DNA from: the human T2T-CHM13v2.0 reference genome, Homo sapiens
DNA length: 64,000 nucleotides
Assembly (NCBI RefSeq): GCF_009914755.1
Contig: NC_060926.1
Direction: 5' to 3' (one strand)
This document shows, in pieces, positions 42,360 through 56,045 of this stretch. The notes under the pieces were generated by a model that saw only the letters and a program-made list of their open reading frames with translations, was not told where the DNA came from and ran no database searches. How positions within the stretch are numbered: the first letter of the stretch is position 1; each line of letters opens with the position of its first letter. A program made the translations under genes and the position numbers.

Positions 42360-43020
42360 ACATATCCACCACCCCCAGCCTAACCCAAGCTGCTTTTGTC
42401 TCCCTCTGAACCCCAGAAGAACCCTCCTGACTGGCCTCTCTGCACCCACACTTGCCCCTTCTACTACGTTTCCAACAAAACAGCTAGGGAGAACGTTTCA
42501 CAACACAAATCTGATCAATACCATCCAATGGTCTTAGGATAAAACCAAAGTCATTAGTGGAGCCTACAGGACCCACATGTCTGGACACCATCTGCTGCTC
42601 CAGCTTCTCATACAAAATGTCCCCTCTGGGCTGTGGGCTGCAGCCCCCGGTCTCTCGCCCACAGTGGCCAGCTCTCTGCTCCTCCTCATGAGGCGCCTTC
42701 ACCTTGCTCAGTGTTATCCATCCTCTAGTCTTAGCTAAGTTCCCACAGCTTACTCCTTCATAGTCTAGCTCACCCACTCACTCACAAAACAGATTCCTTT
42801 GTTCCAGGCTCTGATAGAACTGTGGGCCTTCTCTGGTAGCTCGTATCCCCCACACTTTCTGGGGGTGGTTATGTGTCTGATGCTTGTCTTCCCTACAAGA
42901 TGGAAAGCTTTGTAAGAACAAAGAGTGTGGCTGCTATTCTCACTGCCTAACATAGTACTGGGACATGCTACGCTGTCAACTTGTTGAATGAAAAAAATGA
43001 AAATGAATAACAAATAAATG
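42360..43020 (+). mobile_element. L2 3' region
   Basis: 'ctcctgactggcctctctgc...cttaggataaaaccaaag...gtgcctaacatagt'-like motifs, ending 'ttgttgaatgaa'. Confidence 0.8.
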
Positions 43021-43289
43021 AAAACTCCTTACAGGTGTCCATAGGGTAAACTGTACATACCCACTGGCACCTTATGGGTCCCCATTTTGGCTCAGCGATA
43101 GATGTGGGCGGTCACAAGATGTTCATTTTATCCAATATGCAGCCTCTGGTGATGTTACTGTCAGAGGACATAAATATGGGTCTTGTGCATTTGGTAGGAT
43201 CAGTACGCTGCAATTTTTTGTTTTCTGTGATATTCCTAGAACTTTGATGTAGGGGGAAAATACCATAGTGGTAAGAAAGGAAAAAAAGC

Positions 43290-43432
43290 AGAGGAGAGGA
43301 GAGGGGAGGAGGGGAGGGGAGGGAAGGGGAGGGGAGGGGAGGAGGTGGGAGGGGAGAGGGGGGGGAGGTGAAGGGAGGATGGGGGAGGGGAGGGGAGGAA
43401 GGAGGAATAAAGGGAAGGAGAGAGAGAAAGAA
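43290..43432. repeat. G/A-rich low-complexity tract ((GGGGA)n-like)
   Basis: Many GGG+ runs, nearly all purine. Confidence 0.9.
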
Positions 43433-43444
43433 AAAACCACAAAT

Positions 43445-43660
43445 ATAATTATGAAGTATTTTTAAATAGTGAAAATGAATACTTTATATCAAAACAGAAT
43501 CCAAACAAAGTTATCCTCAGAGGTTAAGGCACTGCGTTTGAAAAGAACAGAGAAGTCACTCTAGGAAGTTAGGAAAACAACAAAATACAACCCTAAGATA
43601 GCGGAAGGAGAAAACTACTATAAGAGGGAAAGGGAGAATTTAATAAATTTTAAAATGGAG
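43445..43660 (+). mobile_element. Degraded L1M ORF2 fragment
   Basis: 'gaaaatgaatactttatatcaaaac...ctaggaagttaggaaaacaacaaaatacaaccc' resembles post-endonuclease ORF2. Confidence 0.45.
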
Positions 43661-44129
43661 ATTTGGCCATGAAACAAACTATGTCTCCACCATGGACGAC
43701 TGCCAATGGCGTAATATCCTCAGGGAGTTGGGGGCGCTTCCAGCCCCCAGATGCCCACTCCCTTCTCCCCACATCCTCCTGCCATCAACAAGTGCCCAGT
43801 ATCTTCTGGATCTTCTGTCTTAGGTCCTTAGAAATGACTTAATAACACTCATGCCAAGGAATGAGTGACTAGTGGCATTCTACAATGTTACCCAAAAGAA
43901 AGGACATTGAGATGGGGGACAAACTAGAGACATGTATTAAGATAAAAAGTCAAACTTCCTATGCTAAAATGTCAGGCTCCACCAAGCAGGCAGAAGAGAT
44001 TCTGGAAAAGGACCAAGAACCTGGACGCACAAGGTCACAGCCTCTGTGTTGTGAGTTGTTGGGCTATTCCCAATGGATAAAGGAGATGGCAAGTGGGTTG
44101 GCTGAGTGAGTTCTGCAAAGGGAAAGAGA

Positions 44130-44340
44130 AGCTAACATTTACTAAGCCGCTGTTCTGTCGAGCACAGTGCTAGGAAGGATGCATACATGTAATTAATCTG
44201 CAGCCTAACCCTAGGGAGAAGGCAGGGTTATTACCATTTTGCAAGTGAGGAAAACGAGCCTCCTCAAGCTGAGGCAGCTCGTCCGGGATCACACAGTTCT
44301 AAGTGAGGGTGAGAGAGCTGGGATGCAAGTCTTTGGGGAA
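44130..44340 (-). mobile_element. MIR
   Basis: 'ttattaccattttgcaagtgaggaaaacgag...gatcacacagttctaagtg'. Confidence 0.7.
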
Positions 44341-44589
44341 ACTGTTATTTTTCTCCTTGACTCCTCACTGAAGATCCAAAGAAGCCTGCTGAAACCAGGA
44401 ACTGGGATGAGGCCACTTGGAATAGGGTTGAGAGACGGCCCGAGAAAAATAAATTGAGGCAGGTAAAGACAGCAAGATGGCAGAACGGACTCCAGTACCC
44501 AGACTCTCTCATTAGGTTTCATCTCCAGAATCCACCCCAAGTGGACACTGCTTCCTTTCTCTATGCCAATATTTACCAGGTACCAAACA

Positions 44590-44800
44590 GAAAAACGCGT
44601 TTTACTGGCTTTAAGACCTGCTTTTTCCCCCACGATGTGATCCGTCTAAAATCAGAGTGCATCTTACCTGCCATTCATCCCAGAGCGGCTCAACCAGGCG
44701 GCGGTCCTGGCTCAGTCTGAGCATGCGCTCAAAGGGCCCAGAAGTTCAAGTTGCTGTCGCATCCCCTGTGCTGTGTGCACCCTGGGTTCCCTGCACGTGG
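44590..44800. promoter_or_regulatory. Candidate CpG-retaining promoter/enhancer patch
   Basis: Local CpG cluster; NRF1-like tgagcatgcgctca (44718-44731); CTCF-like caaccaggcggcgg (44691-44704); E-box cacgtg (44794-44799). Motif-only evidence. Confidence 0.35.
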
Positions 44801-45087
44801 AGTTTCATTGCTGTTTATAATGTCCTCCTAAAATCACACTGTGAATCAACATTGAAACAAAAACTTCACGGTCACACAGAAATGCATGGAAACAGAGCTT
44901 GGGTAAAATTTTGGCATCAGTGAAGCAAACATGAGTCCTTGAACAATGACTGACTGTGGCTGTTGCAAAACAAAGGAGATCAGGTGGCTGGTGAAACAAT
45001 TCAAGAGACTACCCACCCCTGGGCTTCTTTTATGTGAGAAATTAATCCCCAAATGAGTCTCTCTTGTCACCAGTACTAAATGCTCCA

Positions 45088-45420
45088 AATGGGGCTGCAA
45101 AGTGGTGGTCTGAGGGTAACGTACAGCCTGCTGGGAGTGGACCTGGACCACAGGCCTGCATTGTAATTTACTATTATTATTCAATCCATCGTCAATATTT
45201 GAAAACTAAGATATTGGAAATAAAAGTCTTACTCTCTGGCTTCATTTGGAAAATGAGATGTGCTGACCTGAGCCCCCATTCTTTCAGTCTGAGGGCCTGG
45301 AGAGGAGGCACCCTCCTCAGGCAAGGTGGGTGCTCTCCAGGTGCTGAAGTCCGGAGCGGCACCCCCACACTCCCTTACAACACCTGCCCAATGCCTGGGG
45401 ACATTCGAGTTTGTGACCCC
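45088..45420 (+). mobile_element. hAT-Charlie element (MER102-like)
   Basis: 'ggggctgcaaagtggtgg...tctggcttcatttggaaaat...ttcgagtttgtgacccc'. Confidence 0.5.
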
Positions 45421-45883
45421 CACCCTAGATAATCTTTACTATCCCTTCGAATGCCAAAAGACTAGCAAGGAAGGTCTGGAAAAGAGTTTAGAGCAAATTG
45501 CAAGATAGTTGGATTAGGGTGTGTTTCCACTGCATCGCAATAAGTTGTTTTTGTTTCTTACCTCTCACTAACCTTATTCAGAGAGCTAATTTTCTCTCTT
45601 TCCCCTGCAGCAAGCCCTCCAGTCTCGAATCCCAGGTATGCTAAAGGACTCTAGGTTTCAGAATTTCTGATTTCTCTGCATTTATCCTGGTCCTCCCTGT
45701 ACCTGTTCCATGTCTGATGGAATAAAGATCCTGTTTCTCAGGCCACGCATGGAGATACTTGTGTTCATTCACTTAACCATTTCTAAAACACACAGTTTCC
45801 ATTTCCTGCAGATGCACTAGCTGCTCCATCCCCATTCCATCTCCCGTTCTAACATCGCAGCTCCATTTCTTTATTCCCTAGGC

Positions 45884-46116
45884 TAGGGTTTCTCAGCCTA
45901 AACCCTAGTAACATTATAGGTCAGGTAACCTGGGGAGGTGGGGGTGAGGGGGTGAGAGGGAGCTGTCCTGTGCATTATAGGATGTTTGGCAGCATCCCTT
46001 GCCTCTACCCATTAGAAGCTAGTAGTACCTATCCCTGAGTTGTGATACCCTAACAATCTCTCCAGACATTGCCAAATGTCCTCTGGGACCAAAACCAGAC
46101 TAGCTGAGAACATCTG
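45884..46116 (+). mobile_element. MER20 (hAT-Charlie)
   Basis: 'gctgtcctgtgcattataggatgtttggcagcatccc...tctccagacattgccaaatgtcc'; 8-bp TSD ccctaggc / ccctatgc. Confidence 0.9.
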
Positions 46117-46229
46117 CCCTATGCCCCACTTCTCTTCCCATGAAAAGTGAATGCACTCTCCCAAGAGGAAGACAGCCCCCTTATGACAAAGTCCTTTTGG
46201 ATACTAACAAAAGAGGCTGGGGAAGGGAA

Positions 46230-46865
46230 TGTGGTGGACAAAATTCCAGGATGGCCTCCAAGATTCTCGCCCTCTCCTCCGCATATGCACCCTGCATAAT
46301 ACCCTCCCCTTGGGCGTGAATGGGACTTGTGAATATGATGGATATCCCTCCCATGATTATATTCTATTACATGGCAGACAAGATTTTGCAAAGCAAATAA
46401 GACCCCCTAATCAGTTGATTTTGAATTAATCAAAAGGGATATTATCCCTCGTGGGCCTGACCTAATCAGTTGAGCCCTTAAAAGAGAATCAGAGTAATTC
46501 CAAGTGAGAGGGATTCTCCTGCTGACCTTAAAGAAATAAACTGCCTCATGGCAGAGAGAGTCATGGTGCAACTGGTGTCAGGCAGCCTCTGAAAGCTAAA
46601 AGCAGCCCCTAATTGACAACCAGCAAGAAAGCAGGGGTCTTAGTCCTACAACTTCAAGAAACTAAATTCTGCCAACTACCAGTGGGCTTGGAAGAAAATC
46701 CACAGCCTCAGATGGGACCACAGACACAGAGGACACCTTGATTTCAGCCTGGAGAGATCCTAAGTAGAAAACCTAACTTTGTTGAACCCAGGCTACTAAC
46801 ATAAACAAACTGTGAAATAATAGATCCACTGAGTTTATGGTATACAGCAATAGAATGCTAACACA
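46230..46865 (+). mobile_element. MaLR solo LTR (MLT1E-like)
   Basis: 'tgtggtggac...ggacttgtgaatatgatgg...ctaatcagttgattttgaattaatcaaaaggg...cagcaatagaatgctaacaca'. Confidence 0.85.
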
Positions 46866-48371
46866 GGAGGAAAAAGTTCCAGGGTCTCGAGTGCTCAGAA
46901 TGTTATTGTTAAATGAAAGAAGGAAGGAAATGAGAAAGGAAAAGAGGGATGGAAGGAGAAAGAAAAGGAAGAGAGAGGGAGGGTAGTAAGGGAGGGAGGA
47001 AGCGAGGGACGAATGGACAAAAAAAATAATGTAAGTGATTTAGATGACTAAACTAAAGGATAGAGATGTTGAGTGACTTCTTCAATGTGACCCCCTTAGT
47101 ACAAGGTTATGCTTAGCATCTAGTTTCTTGATATATAGTCTATTGTTTTTCATTTTCTCCAGAACTCCTTTCCAATATTTCTTGAACACCCCACATCACT
47201 TAATCATAGTTAAATACCTACTAGGTACGCAACAACAACAAAGAACAACCTGGAAACTACTTAAATTTGTAGCGTCTCTTCATGATCTGTTTACACCTCA
47301 GTGTCTGAGTCATACTTCTTGAGCGAGTTAAAATCTTTACCCACGATGGTCACTTAACTGAAAGTCATTGCTTGTAGCAGAAACGCCTGAACCTTATGCT
47401 TCTCGACTCTCAGTGGTTACATTACCTCTAGCTGACCCAAAAAGCTTTAGGGTCTCCCCATTCTCCCTCCCTTTCATCTGTTTCTTCAGAAAGCCCTATT
47501 GGATGAAGTAACTCTACAAAGGGCCATTCAGAAAAGTCTCCATTTGACAGCCCAATCCAGCATCCCTAGGCCCCAGCATGGTTCTCTGGCCCCAAGGATA
47601 TTAAATATAACCATGAAGAGGGGTGCTAATTAGCAGTGGGGAGCCCTGCAGCATCCAGCAGCCTCCAGAAAAGTGCTCTTCTGACAACCAATGAAAGGAT
47701 GACCAGAAAAGTAATGGCATGTTTCCTCATCCATTCAACAAATACCAACATCCAAGTGCCAGACTGTTCTAGGCACTCGGACAGTTGCAATGTAAGTACA
47801 AACATAGACTTAATCACATGTCATTGTTGGATAACTGAGGAAGGCAACATCCCTCAGCTCTAGGGTGACAGAGACTTTCTGAGTAATTGATACTGCAGAT
47901 ATGGATCCTGTCGTGCAAATGATGTATTCCAGTTCTTAGCCTCTTTACCTCTCTGTCTCTCTCCCCTCCCCACCTTCTCCTAATGCTCTGCTCTCCAGTG
48001 TATTGGCTTTACCTCAAACATGGTAGAAAAATATCACCATCAATTCAAACTTAAGTGACCCCTAATGCCCCAAATTCTAGAAAACAGTCTCTCTTCATAT
48101 ATTCATGCAAATTCCCCCCAAAAAATGATTCTGGTTGGTTAACCTGAGTTATTACGGAAGGCCATACAATAGAAAGCCTTCTACCAAGCCAGAGAGGACA
48201 GTCTCAAGAGGAAAGAAGAATTCTGCTACGAGAGGAGCAAGCAAAGAGAGCAGGCCAAAACTACAGAGACCCACGAGTCCCTCTCTGGGCCCCCGCAGCC
48301 CAATCTATGGAGTCACCTGTCTGGTTTTCAAAGCATCTCATGGAGCCTACAGCTCTTCTCATTTTATTTGA

Positions 48372-49126
<755 letters not shown>

Positions 49127-51165
49127 CCTAGACAAACGTCAAAATGCAATAGGAATGTCCCGTTCCAGACCACACTGATGCAGATCCCCTAAATGAAAGA
49201 GGGTTTCTTGAGGCATCAGGTGTGTGTCCCATTTCTCTTTAGTTGTTTCCGGTGCCCAGAAAAATAGACATTTAGCAAATACATATTAAAGAGAATCAAC
49301 TTGCCCAGTGTATGTGTGTCCAGGAGATGTGTCCTCTGGTCTGTGTAGCTATGCTCTGGGTGACAGGAGGTAATTGCTCCTGTCAACAGGGAAAATATTA
49401 GAGTATTTTTAACCAAGGATCTTAAAACAGAAACCGAGTTAGGAATGCTTCTCACAGCAAGAAGAAAGATAAAAGGGTATTTAACAGTGATTCAGAGAAC
49501 ATGAGTGGTGGTATCCCACCCCTGCATTCTCCTGAACAAATTAGTGTGGTACCTTTACCACACCATGGGCCAGATTCCTGTTGGGGGGAGCCTAGATAAT
49601 TAAGTGACCACCAATTTGCAAATATCAGCTTTCACACTGATTCTGAGACCCATGGGTGGTCCATGGCACCATTTGTTTAAGCTAACAATTGTGAGACCAT
49701 TAAGTTTTCTTGGTTGAGACATTACGAAGCTTAAAGGATTATCGCAAGGAACCTCAGCATTTTAAGGCTGTGGTTTAGGTACCCCCTTTTCACAGAGGGA
49801 AGTGGAATCATATTGTTCTTATAGATTTCCCCTCAGGTAAAAATGCCAGAGTACCAGCCAATAAGAGGAGAATGGCTGTTCCTAGACTTGTCACAGTACA
49901 GATTGATTATTTGGGAGATTGGGCTTTGTTGAATCCCAGACCCAGAACATTCATGAATCTTCCCTCCCAGTTGGAGGGGTTGTCTTCTCCCCTGAATTCA
50001 GAAGGAGAGGACTCCTGTAAGATAAATAGGTGCATGCCTCCACACAATATTTCATACAGGTACATGATTTGGAAAATTAGGTCAGAAGAGGGAGGGAAAA
50101 TGGTGATTCATTACCAGGGCTGGAGAGAGGCAGGATTACCTCATCAGAAATTCAAAGGTAATCAGTTTTTTCCCAATTGTCATGGTAATGAATCACCAGT
50201 GTTAATAAATTGGGAAGTCAGTTACACCTTTGAGTAGCTGGATAAACCAGAGTTACCTGGCATCTGTCTTCATTAGAAAAGAACCAATGAAATGGAGAAG
50301 AAAAGGAGGGCACATATAACCCTGATTCCCTTCTTTCCCCCACGGTGAAGAAATTCAACTTTTTACTTAGTATTACCATCATGCCCAAGTCACCGCAAAG
50401 TTAAACTAACCCAAATAAGACTTTAAACCTGAAGTCACCCATTCGAGATCTGTCAAAATCCTCTGATGAACAATCAAAGCCAGCTGCAATTTATTTATTT
50501 AATGGAGAAACAATAGCAGGAAATAATCCCTGAGCATCGCTTAGCACAGGAGGAGGTCTTTATTAGAATAGATTTTTTTTCTTTCCCAAGCAAATGGAAA
50601 CCAAGAATGGAAAAAGATCCGGTCCCCTCTCCTCCCCCACCCCTCTGAATCTTGAAGGTTTAGCCTCAGCTGGTCACGTCAGAAAATCCAAGCTCAATGG
50701 TTCAAAGTGGTCAGGGGCAGAGCTCACTGTGACATTTTACGACTCAATGAGGCATCCATGGGGTCTCCAGCTCCAGGAGATAAATCAGCTCAAACTCCAT
50801 CTGCCTTCAAGACAGACAAATCTTCAGTCATGGAGTCGTCAGTAATCCAAACATAACTTGGAATGCGGTTACAACTCTTTATTGCTTTTAGGCACCCCCC
50901 GCCCAAAAAAAAACTGAGACGAATTCTGATCTATATGATTTGATAATGGCATTTGACAAGTTCTCATTTATTCGAGGGGTGGGGGCTAAAAAGTTTTTTG
51001 TCTGATCATTTTGTCAAAATCCTGCAAGTCATTTTCATTTCTCTCTCTTGGGCAAGATTAAAAAGCAAACCCTCATGCGTTCTGTCATATGATCTTGGAG
51101 CTGAGAGTTCGAAACATTTCAACAGTAATTTAATATAGGGGATTTAAGGAGTGTGTATGAAAGAC

Positions 51166-51186
51166 AGAGAGAGAGAGAGAGAGAGA
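51166..51186. repeat. (GA)n microsatellite
   Basis: Read directly. Confidence 0.9.
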
Positions 51187-51585
51187 ATGAGCCCTGGGAT
51201 GACGGGAAGGGTTACCTAATAGGAGATAAGATGAATAGCAAACCTGTTACTGCCAAGCAGCTCATTTCCACAGGGGAGAGGAGCTGTGTTTGACATCTTC
51301 CACAGCCTCACAAGAAAAACCTGCAGTAGGAGGCCAGACCTGGAAGAAGGGTCCCAAGCCCCTCCCTGCTCCAGCTATTCTGCTCCCCCTTCCCACAGGC
51401 ACGCTGCACAGATGGGGCCTCAAGAGGCTCCTCTGACCTGAGAGGCTCAAGGCAAATTCATCATTCACTCAAGTGCCAGTCCCCAGTTTAAGATCAAGAG
51501 GGGAGATACTGACTTCAGGCCTCTGTGGCAACTTTAATTCTAGCCCTCTCCGCTAACCTTTCCTCCAGGACACAGGCACCCATGT

Positions 51586-51628
51586 ACGCACACACACACA
51601 TACACACACACACATACACACACACACA
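51586..51628. repeat. (CA)n microsatellite, interrupted
   Basis: Read directly. Confidence 0.9.
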
Positions 51629-52619
51629 TGTCTTCCTGCCCTACCCTTTCTCATGCCACCATCCCTTCTACTTCCTTCCTGGGCTCTTCTTTTCTTTCTG
51701 CTACCCCAGACCCAAACCTGAGGATAGGTGAGAAGATCTGTAGGGTGATGGGCCATTCCAATTCCTTTCCGTCACCCTACAACAGCTCCTGTCAGAGCCC
51801 TGAGAGGTCCCTGCAGGTTTTGTGGGTTTTGTTTCAGGAAGAGGAAACTGAGGGAAGGAGTAAGTGCCAGGCTATTGGGCAGCAAGAAGTCCAGCCCCAG
51901 TAAAGATTATACTCTGGGCCAGGAGAGAAGGCATACACCCTTTTCAATTACCTAAGTCAAAGAAAAAAGGACTGATCCATGGCTCCTTCCTCTATCTCTA
52001 GGTCAGAAGGCATTCAAGCCATTCTAAAAATGCCTCCACCCTCATCATTTTTCTGAGGGTTAAACACATGGCCAGACAAACATCAAGACATGTTTGCACA
52101 CATGCACGCACTCACACACAAGGCTCAGCGACCTTTTTTCTGTTTCTTTTAAGTCTTCCCATCTGAAAACTATTCCCGTTGTCCAACCCATTGCTAGGCA
52201 TTATACCATTCCCCTTCATTTTGTCTCTAGCAAGAAAACCACGATTATGCATTATGCAAAAATCTTTTAGCTCATTGGTGAGTGTGGCTGGGATATGGGA
52301 TCTCAGCACAGGAAATACTGATTCCCACTCAGAGAGATAAGGGCTCGGGGCACACTTGGGCCACTCTGCCCTATTGAGCCACTAGAATCAACCTTTTCCA
52401 ACTTCTTTGTGAAAATCTCTATGTCTACAAAAATGGTCACCTTATCCTCCTTCAGTTTTCTCTTCTTCATGAGTTTCTCACAGATATTTAACAATTCAAC
52501 TTACCCAATATTTATCTGAAACTTTCAGGCATTGGTTTTGGCCTGCCAATACCTCTCTTCTCTGCACACTTCTTAGGTTTCCTCTGTTTTTCTCAAGGAG
52601 TCACCCTGCCCAGGCTGGC

Positions 52620-53020
52620 AGTTTGGAATGGAATACCCACCCCAGTTTCCAGGAAAGGAGCACATGACCCAGACAGAAGCCAATCAATGGATTCTGTTTC
52701 CTGGAGGTAGTAACTGATGCAGGGACGGGACCAGTGCCCCTCCTGCTGGTCCTGAAGTTGGGGAGATGTGATGTCCGGAGCCCAGTCAGCCACCTCTGAA
52801 GCCAAGGGAGAGCCCAGCCTGGGTGGGAATGGAGCCGACAGGGATGAGAGGGGAACTGAGAGATGGGGATGAGAAAGCCAGGTTCTGGCGACATTATTTG
52901 AGCTCCCATAGGCAGCAACTATAAGTGTTCTTTATACCTCAAGGATATGTGCCAATACATTCCCTTTTGGCTTACACACATCTGAGTCAGATCTTCTGTT
53001 CCTGACACAAACCCCTAAGC
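52620..53020 (+). mobile_element. Old MaLR LTR (MLT1J/K/L-like)
   Basis: 'gcacatgacccagacagaagccaatca' and 'aatacattcccttttggctta...tgagtcagatcttctgtt'. Confidence 0.45.
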
Positions 53021-53869
53021 CCACCTATTGCACATAGGTAAAAATGAGTCACCCTCGCACAGCCCCAAACTCCTCCCAAAGTTCCACCCTCTCCAGTATC
53101 TTTCTGTGAGGCCCCAAGGAAATTACTAGTGTTCTGGTGTTTCTACTTTAGTCCAGCACACTTCCTGGACCTCCACCACCAGTCCCTCCAGGATACCAAC
53201 TTGAAGGCTCCCGGCGGGCCCAGGCCCTCTGCTGCCCAACAGAGGCTCCCTGAGCTGGTGTCCTGATGTCCTGCTTCCCCTTCCACTGCACTCATTTCTG
53301 TCCTGCAGGTAGAGAAATGCCTACCCTTATCTGCCTTCTGCTTTTCTGGAAAAGTACCTCAACAGAGTTCCATGAACCCCGGGTGCTTCTCAGTTGTACT
53401 TATCACCTTGTTCCTCACTGGCTCGGCGCACTCCCTGACTGATAGATAAGGTTCCAACTGTGGGTTCGGGCCAAAACCACTTCCCAGACCTACAATGTGT
53501 CCCGAACGTAGGAAAGTACCAAGATCCCTTGAGGTTGCAAGGCTCTTGGCAAGATCTTGGGAAATACTGGCAGATTAAACTGAAGATAACTAAGTATAAT
53601 TTTGCAGTAACTTTGAAATCATTTGGGGTTAGAGCCTAGTTAGTCCAAATGGTGGTAGAGCCAATGTTTTAATAAAAAGTCATGGCAGAAAGTCAAAGTG
53701 CTAAAAATTATACTTATTTAACTTTCTGCAAACTGAACCAATGACGATTATTACTGGATGTCAACAATTCAGCATCTTGGTTCAACTTAAGGAAACCCAA
53801 TGTCCTGCAGAAGTATGCTTTGGAACTTCTGGCCTAGAATAAAGCAGGGGAACTGAGGTCCACCAAAAT

Positions 53870-54180
53870 ACAAATTATACAACATGAAAAAATGAAGTGA
53901 AAAAAGCAAGTTGCAGAGTGAGGCAGGGAATAATCCCAGGTCTACAGTAAAAAAAAAAAAAATCTTTGTGTGTTTGCATATGTCTCTGAGCTTTGAGAAA
54001 GATACAAAAGGATATATGCAAAAAGGTAACGCTGCCTGCTTCAAAACAGTCATTGAATTTTATTTTTATTTACTGTTTCTTTTATATTTACTCAAGTTTC
54101 TTTTGTGTGACCTCATTCCATAATAATGTATTACTTTAAGTGTTTAGGAGAGCAATAAAATGGAAAAGTACAAAAATAAA
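53870..54180 (+). mobile_element. L1ME-like 3' end
   Basis: 'aagtgaaaaaagcaagttgcaga...aaggatatatgcaaaaaggtaac...atgtattactt'. Confidence 0.5.
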
Positions 54181-55839
54181 GTATATCCTGCAGGTTAAAA
54201 CAACCCATCAAACCTGTGAGTCACTGTTCCTTAAACAAGTGAACTTTTACAGTAATAGGCAATAGCAGCGAGAAGGAGAAAAGGAGGACCCCCGGGAGCC
54301 AGGGAGACTATCTGTGCACTGAGGTGGGGTGTGGGGGTGCAGAGGAGACAACTGCAGGTCAGAAGCAGCTAAGAGAGGACTACTTGGGGCTTCAGAAAGG
54401 AGATGCCTTACAGGGACAGTGGTCCCTGAGGACCAGGGCAGTTGCCTGCTTATAGACAGCTAGGCTTAAAGCTGGGGGTGATGACCTGGGACCAGAGCAA
54501 AAAGAAGATAAAGAAATCATCCAGGAGAAAGAATGCCACCAAGCCTCTGCCGTGGCCAAGCCAACTCAGGATGGAGGGAGGGAGGCTCTTCGGGCAGCAT
54601 GCCTGGAATTCATGCCAGCCAAGCCATTCTGTGGGAGGAATTAGAATAAGGAATTTAAGTTTGCCGAAGTCAGTCATTTTGTGCTGCTATGACTTCTTTG
54701 TTTGTTTCCTTTTTGTTTTGCTATTGCATCTTAGTAAAGCTTCTTTTGGACAATTCCAGCCTTCCTCAGAGCTAAGCTGAGAAGCAATGGATTTCTATTC
54801 ACACAAAGCTGAGTAGCTGGAGATAGAACAAGGTGTCTTATTTGAGACCACCAGATTTGGAGAGTGGCAGGTGTAAGAAAGAACAAAGCATCTAAAATCA
54901 AGCCAGGGAAAGCAAGTTCAATGTTCAAGGTCAGACGGCTAAGGCCCAGGTACAGTTGGCATCGCGCAGAGGCAGGTCCATCCATATGGAAAGGGATGGA
55001 GCTGGGGGAATATCTGGGGTTGCCTCTAGTGGCCACCAGGCTTGCGGTTTGTCAGGAGTATAAGAACCTTAAAGAAATAAAGTGGGGAAAAATGCCAGAG
55101 AAGAGGAAGTAATTTCCCTTACAGATCAGTGCAGGGCCCTTGCACACATCCAGCCTGGATGTCCCCCAGCCCCGCCCTCCAGCTCACACTCCCTTGGATG
55201 GCCTAGCATAGTGCTGAGTGCAGAGTCCTGTCTGTAGAACGCAGAGTCCTGTGTTCACTGTGGCAGTGACTGCAAAGGACTCTGTTGAGGCCTAAAGGTC
55301 CATGAGCCTCGTCAGGGCCTGCTGTTTGGAAGAGGGGAGAGTGGGAAGGAAGTAGGAACAGGCCACACTCCAGGTCCTCAGCTCACTCCTACCTGAATGA
55401 ATTGTCATATTTTCCCATTTCACATGCTGAGCTTCCATGTCGGCTTCCATTTGGATGAAGGTCTCTGGATAAAATACATTTGGAAACCTCTGCTCTTCAG
55501 CTATGATCTGGACAGTTGGCCCTCTGAGGCTCAGCTGAGAAAGGACATCAGATTTAGGCTTTACCCTAATGTGGAAGTGGAGGTGAAGGAGCCAGGAGGA
55601 AGAAAGCAAGATGTCAGGAAGGCGTGTCAAGCTGAAAGCAGGATGTTTAAGCTAGAAGAGGAAGCAGGAACCTTCATAAATTTTGGGAGGCCCAGAAGAA
55701 AGTGATCAGAGACCAATATAAGGAGCCCATGAATTGAAGGCCAAATGATCAGCAATCGAGCCTGGGAATCTGGCCCTGGTTCCTTTTTGCATGCTGTCAT
55801 GTGTGTGGTTGAACCTGCAACATACTCTCTGTGAGATGA

Positions 55840-56045
55840 GCATCATGGGACTTAGGTTCAAATCCTGATTCTGCCATGTACTGGCTATGCTACCTTTGAT
55901 AAGTCACAACCTCTCTGAACCTCTATTACCATCTGTGAAAATAGACATAATAAGAGAAATCATGCAGAGCTATTGTGAAGACAAAACTCAACAGCATGCA
56001 AGGAACTACCTAGAGGAGTGCTCAGTCAATAAATGTTAGTTTCTC
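55840..56045 (+). mobile_element. MIR
   Basis: 'ggttcaaatcctgattctgcca...aacctctctgaacctc...ctcagtcaataaatgttagtt'. Confidence 0.8.
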
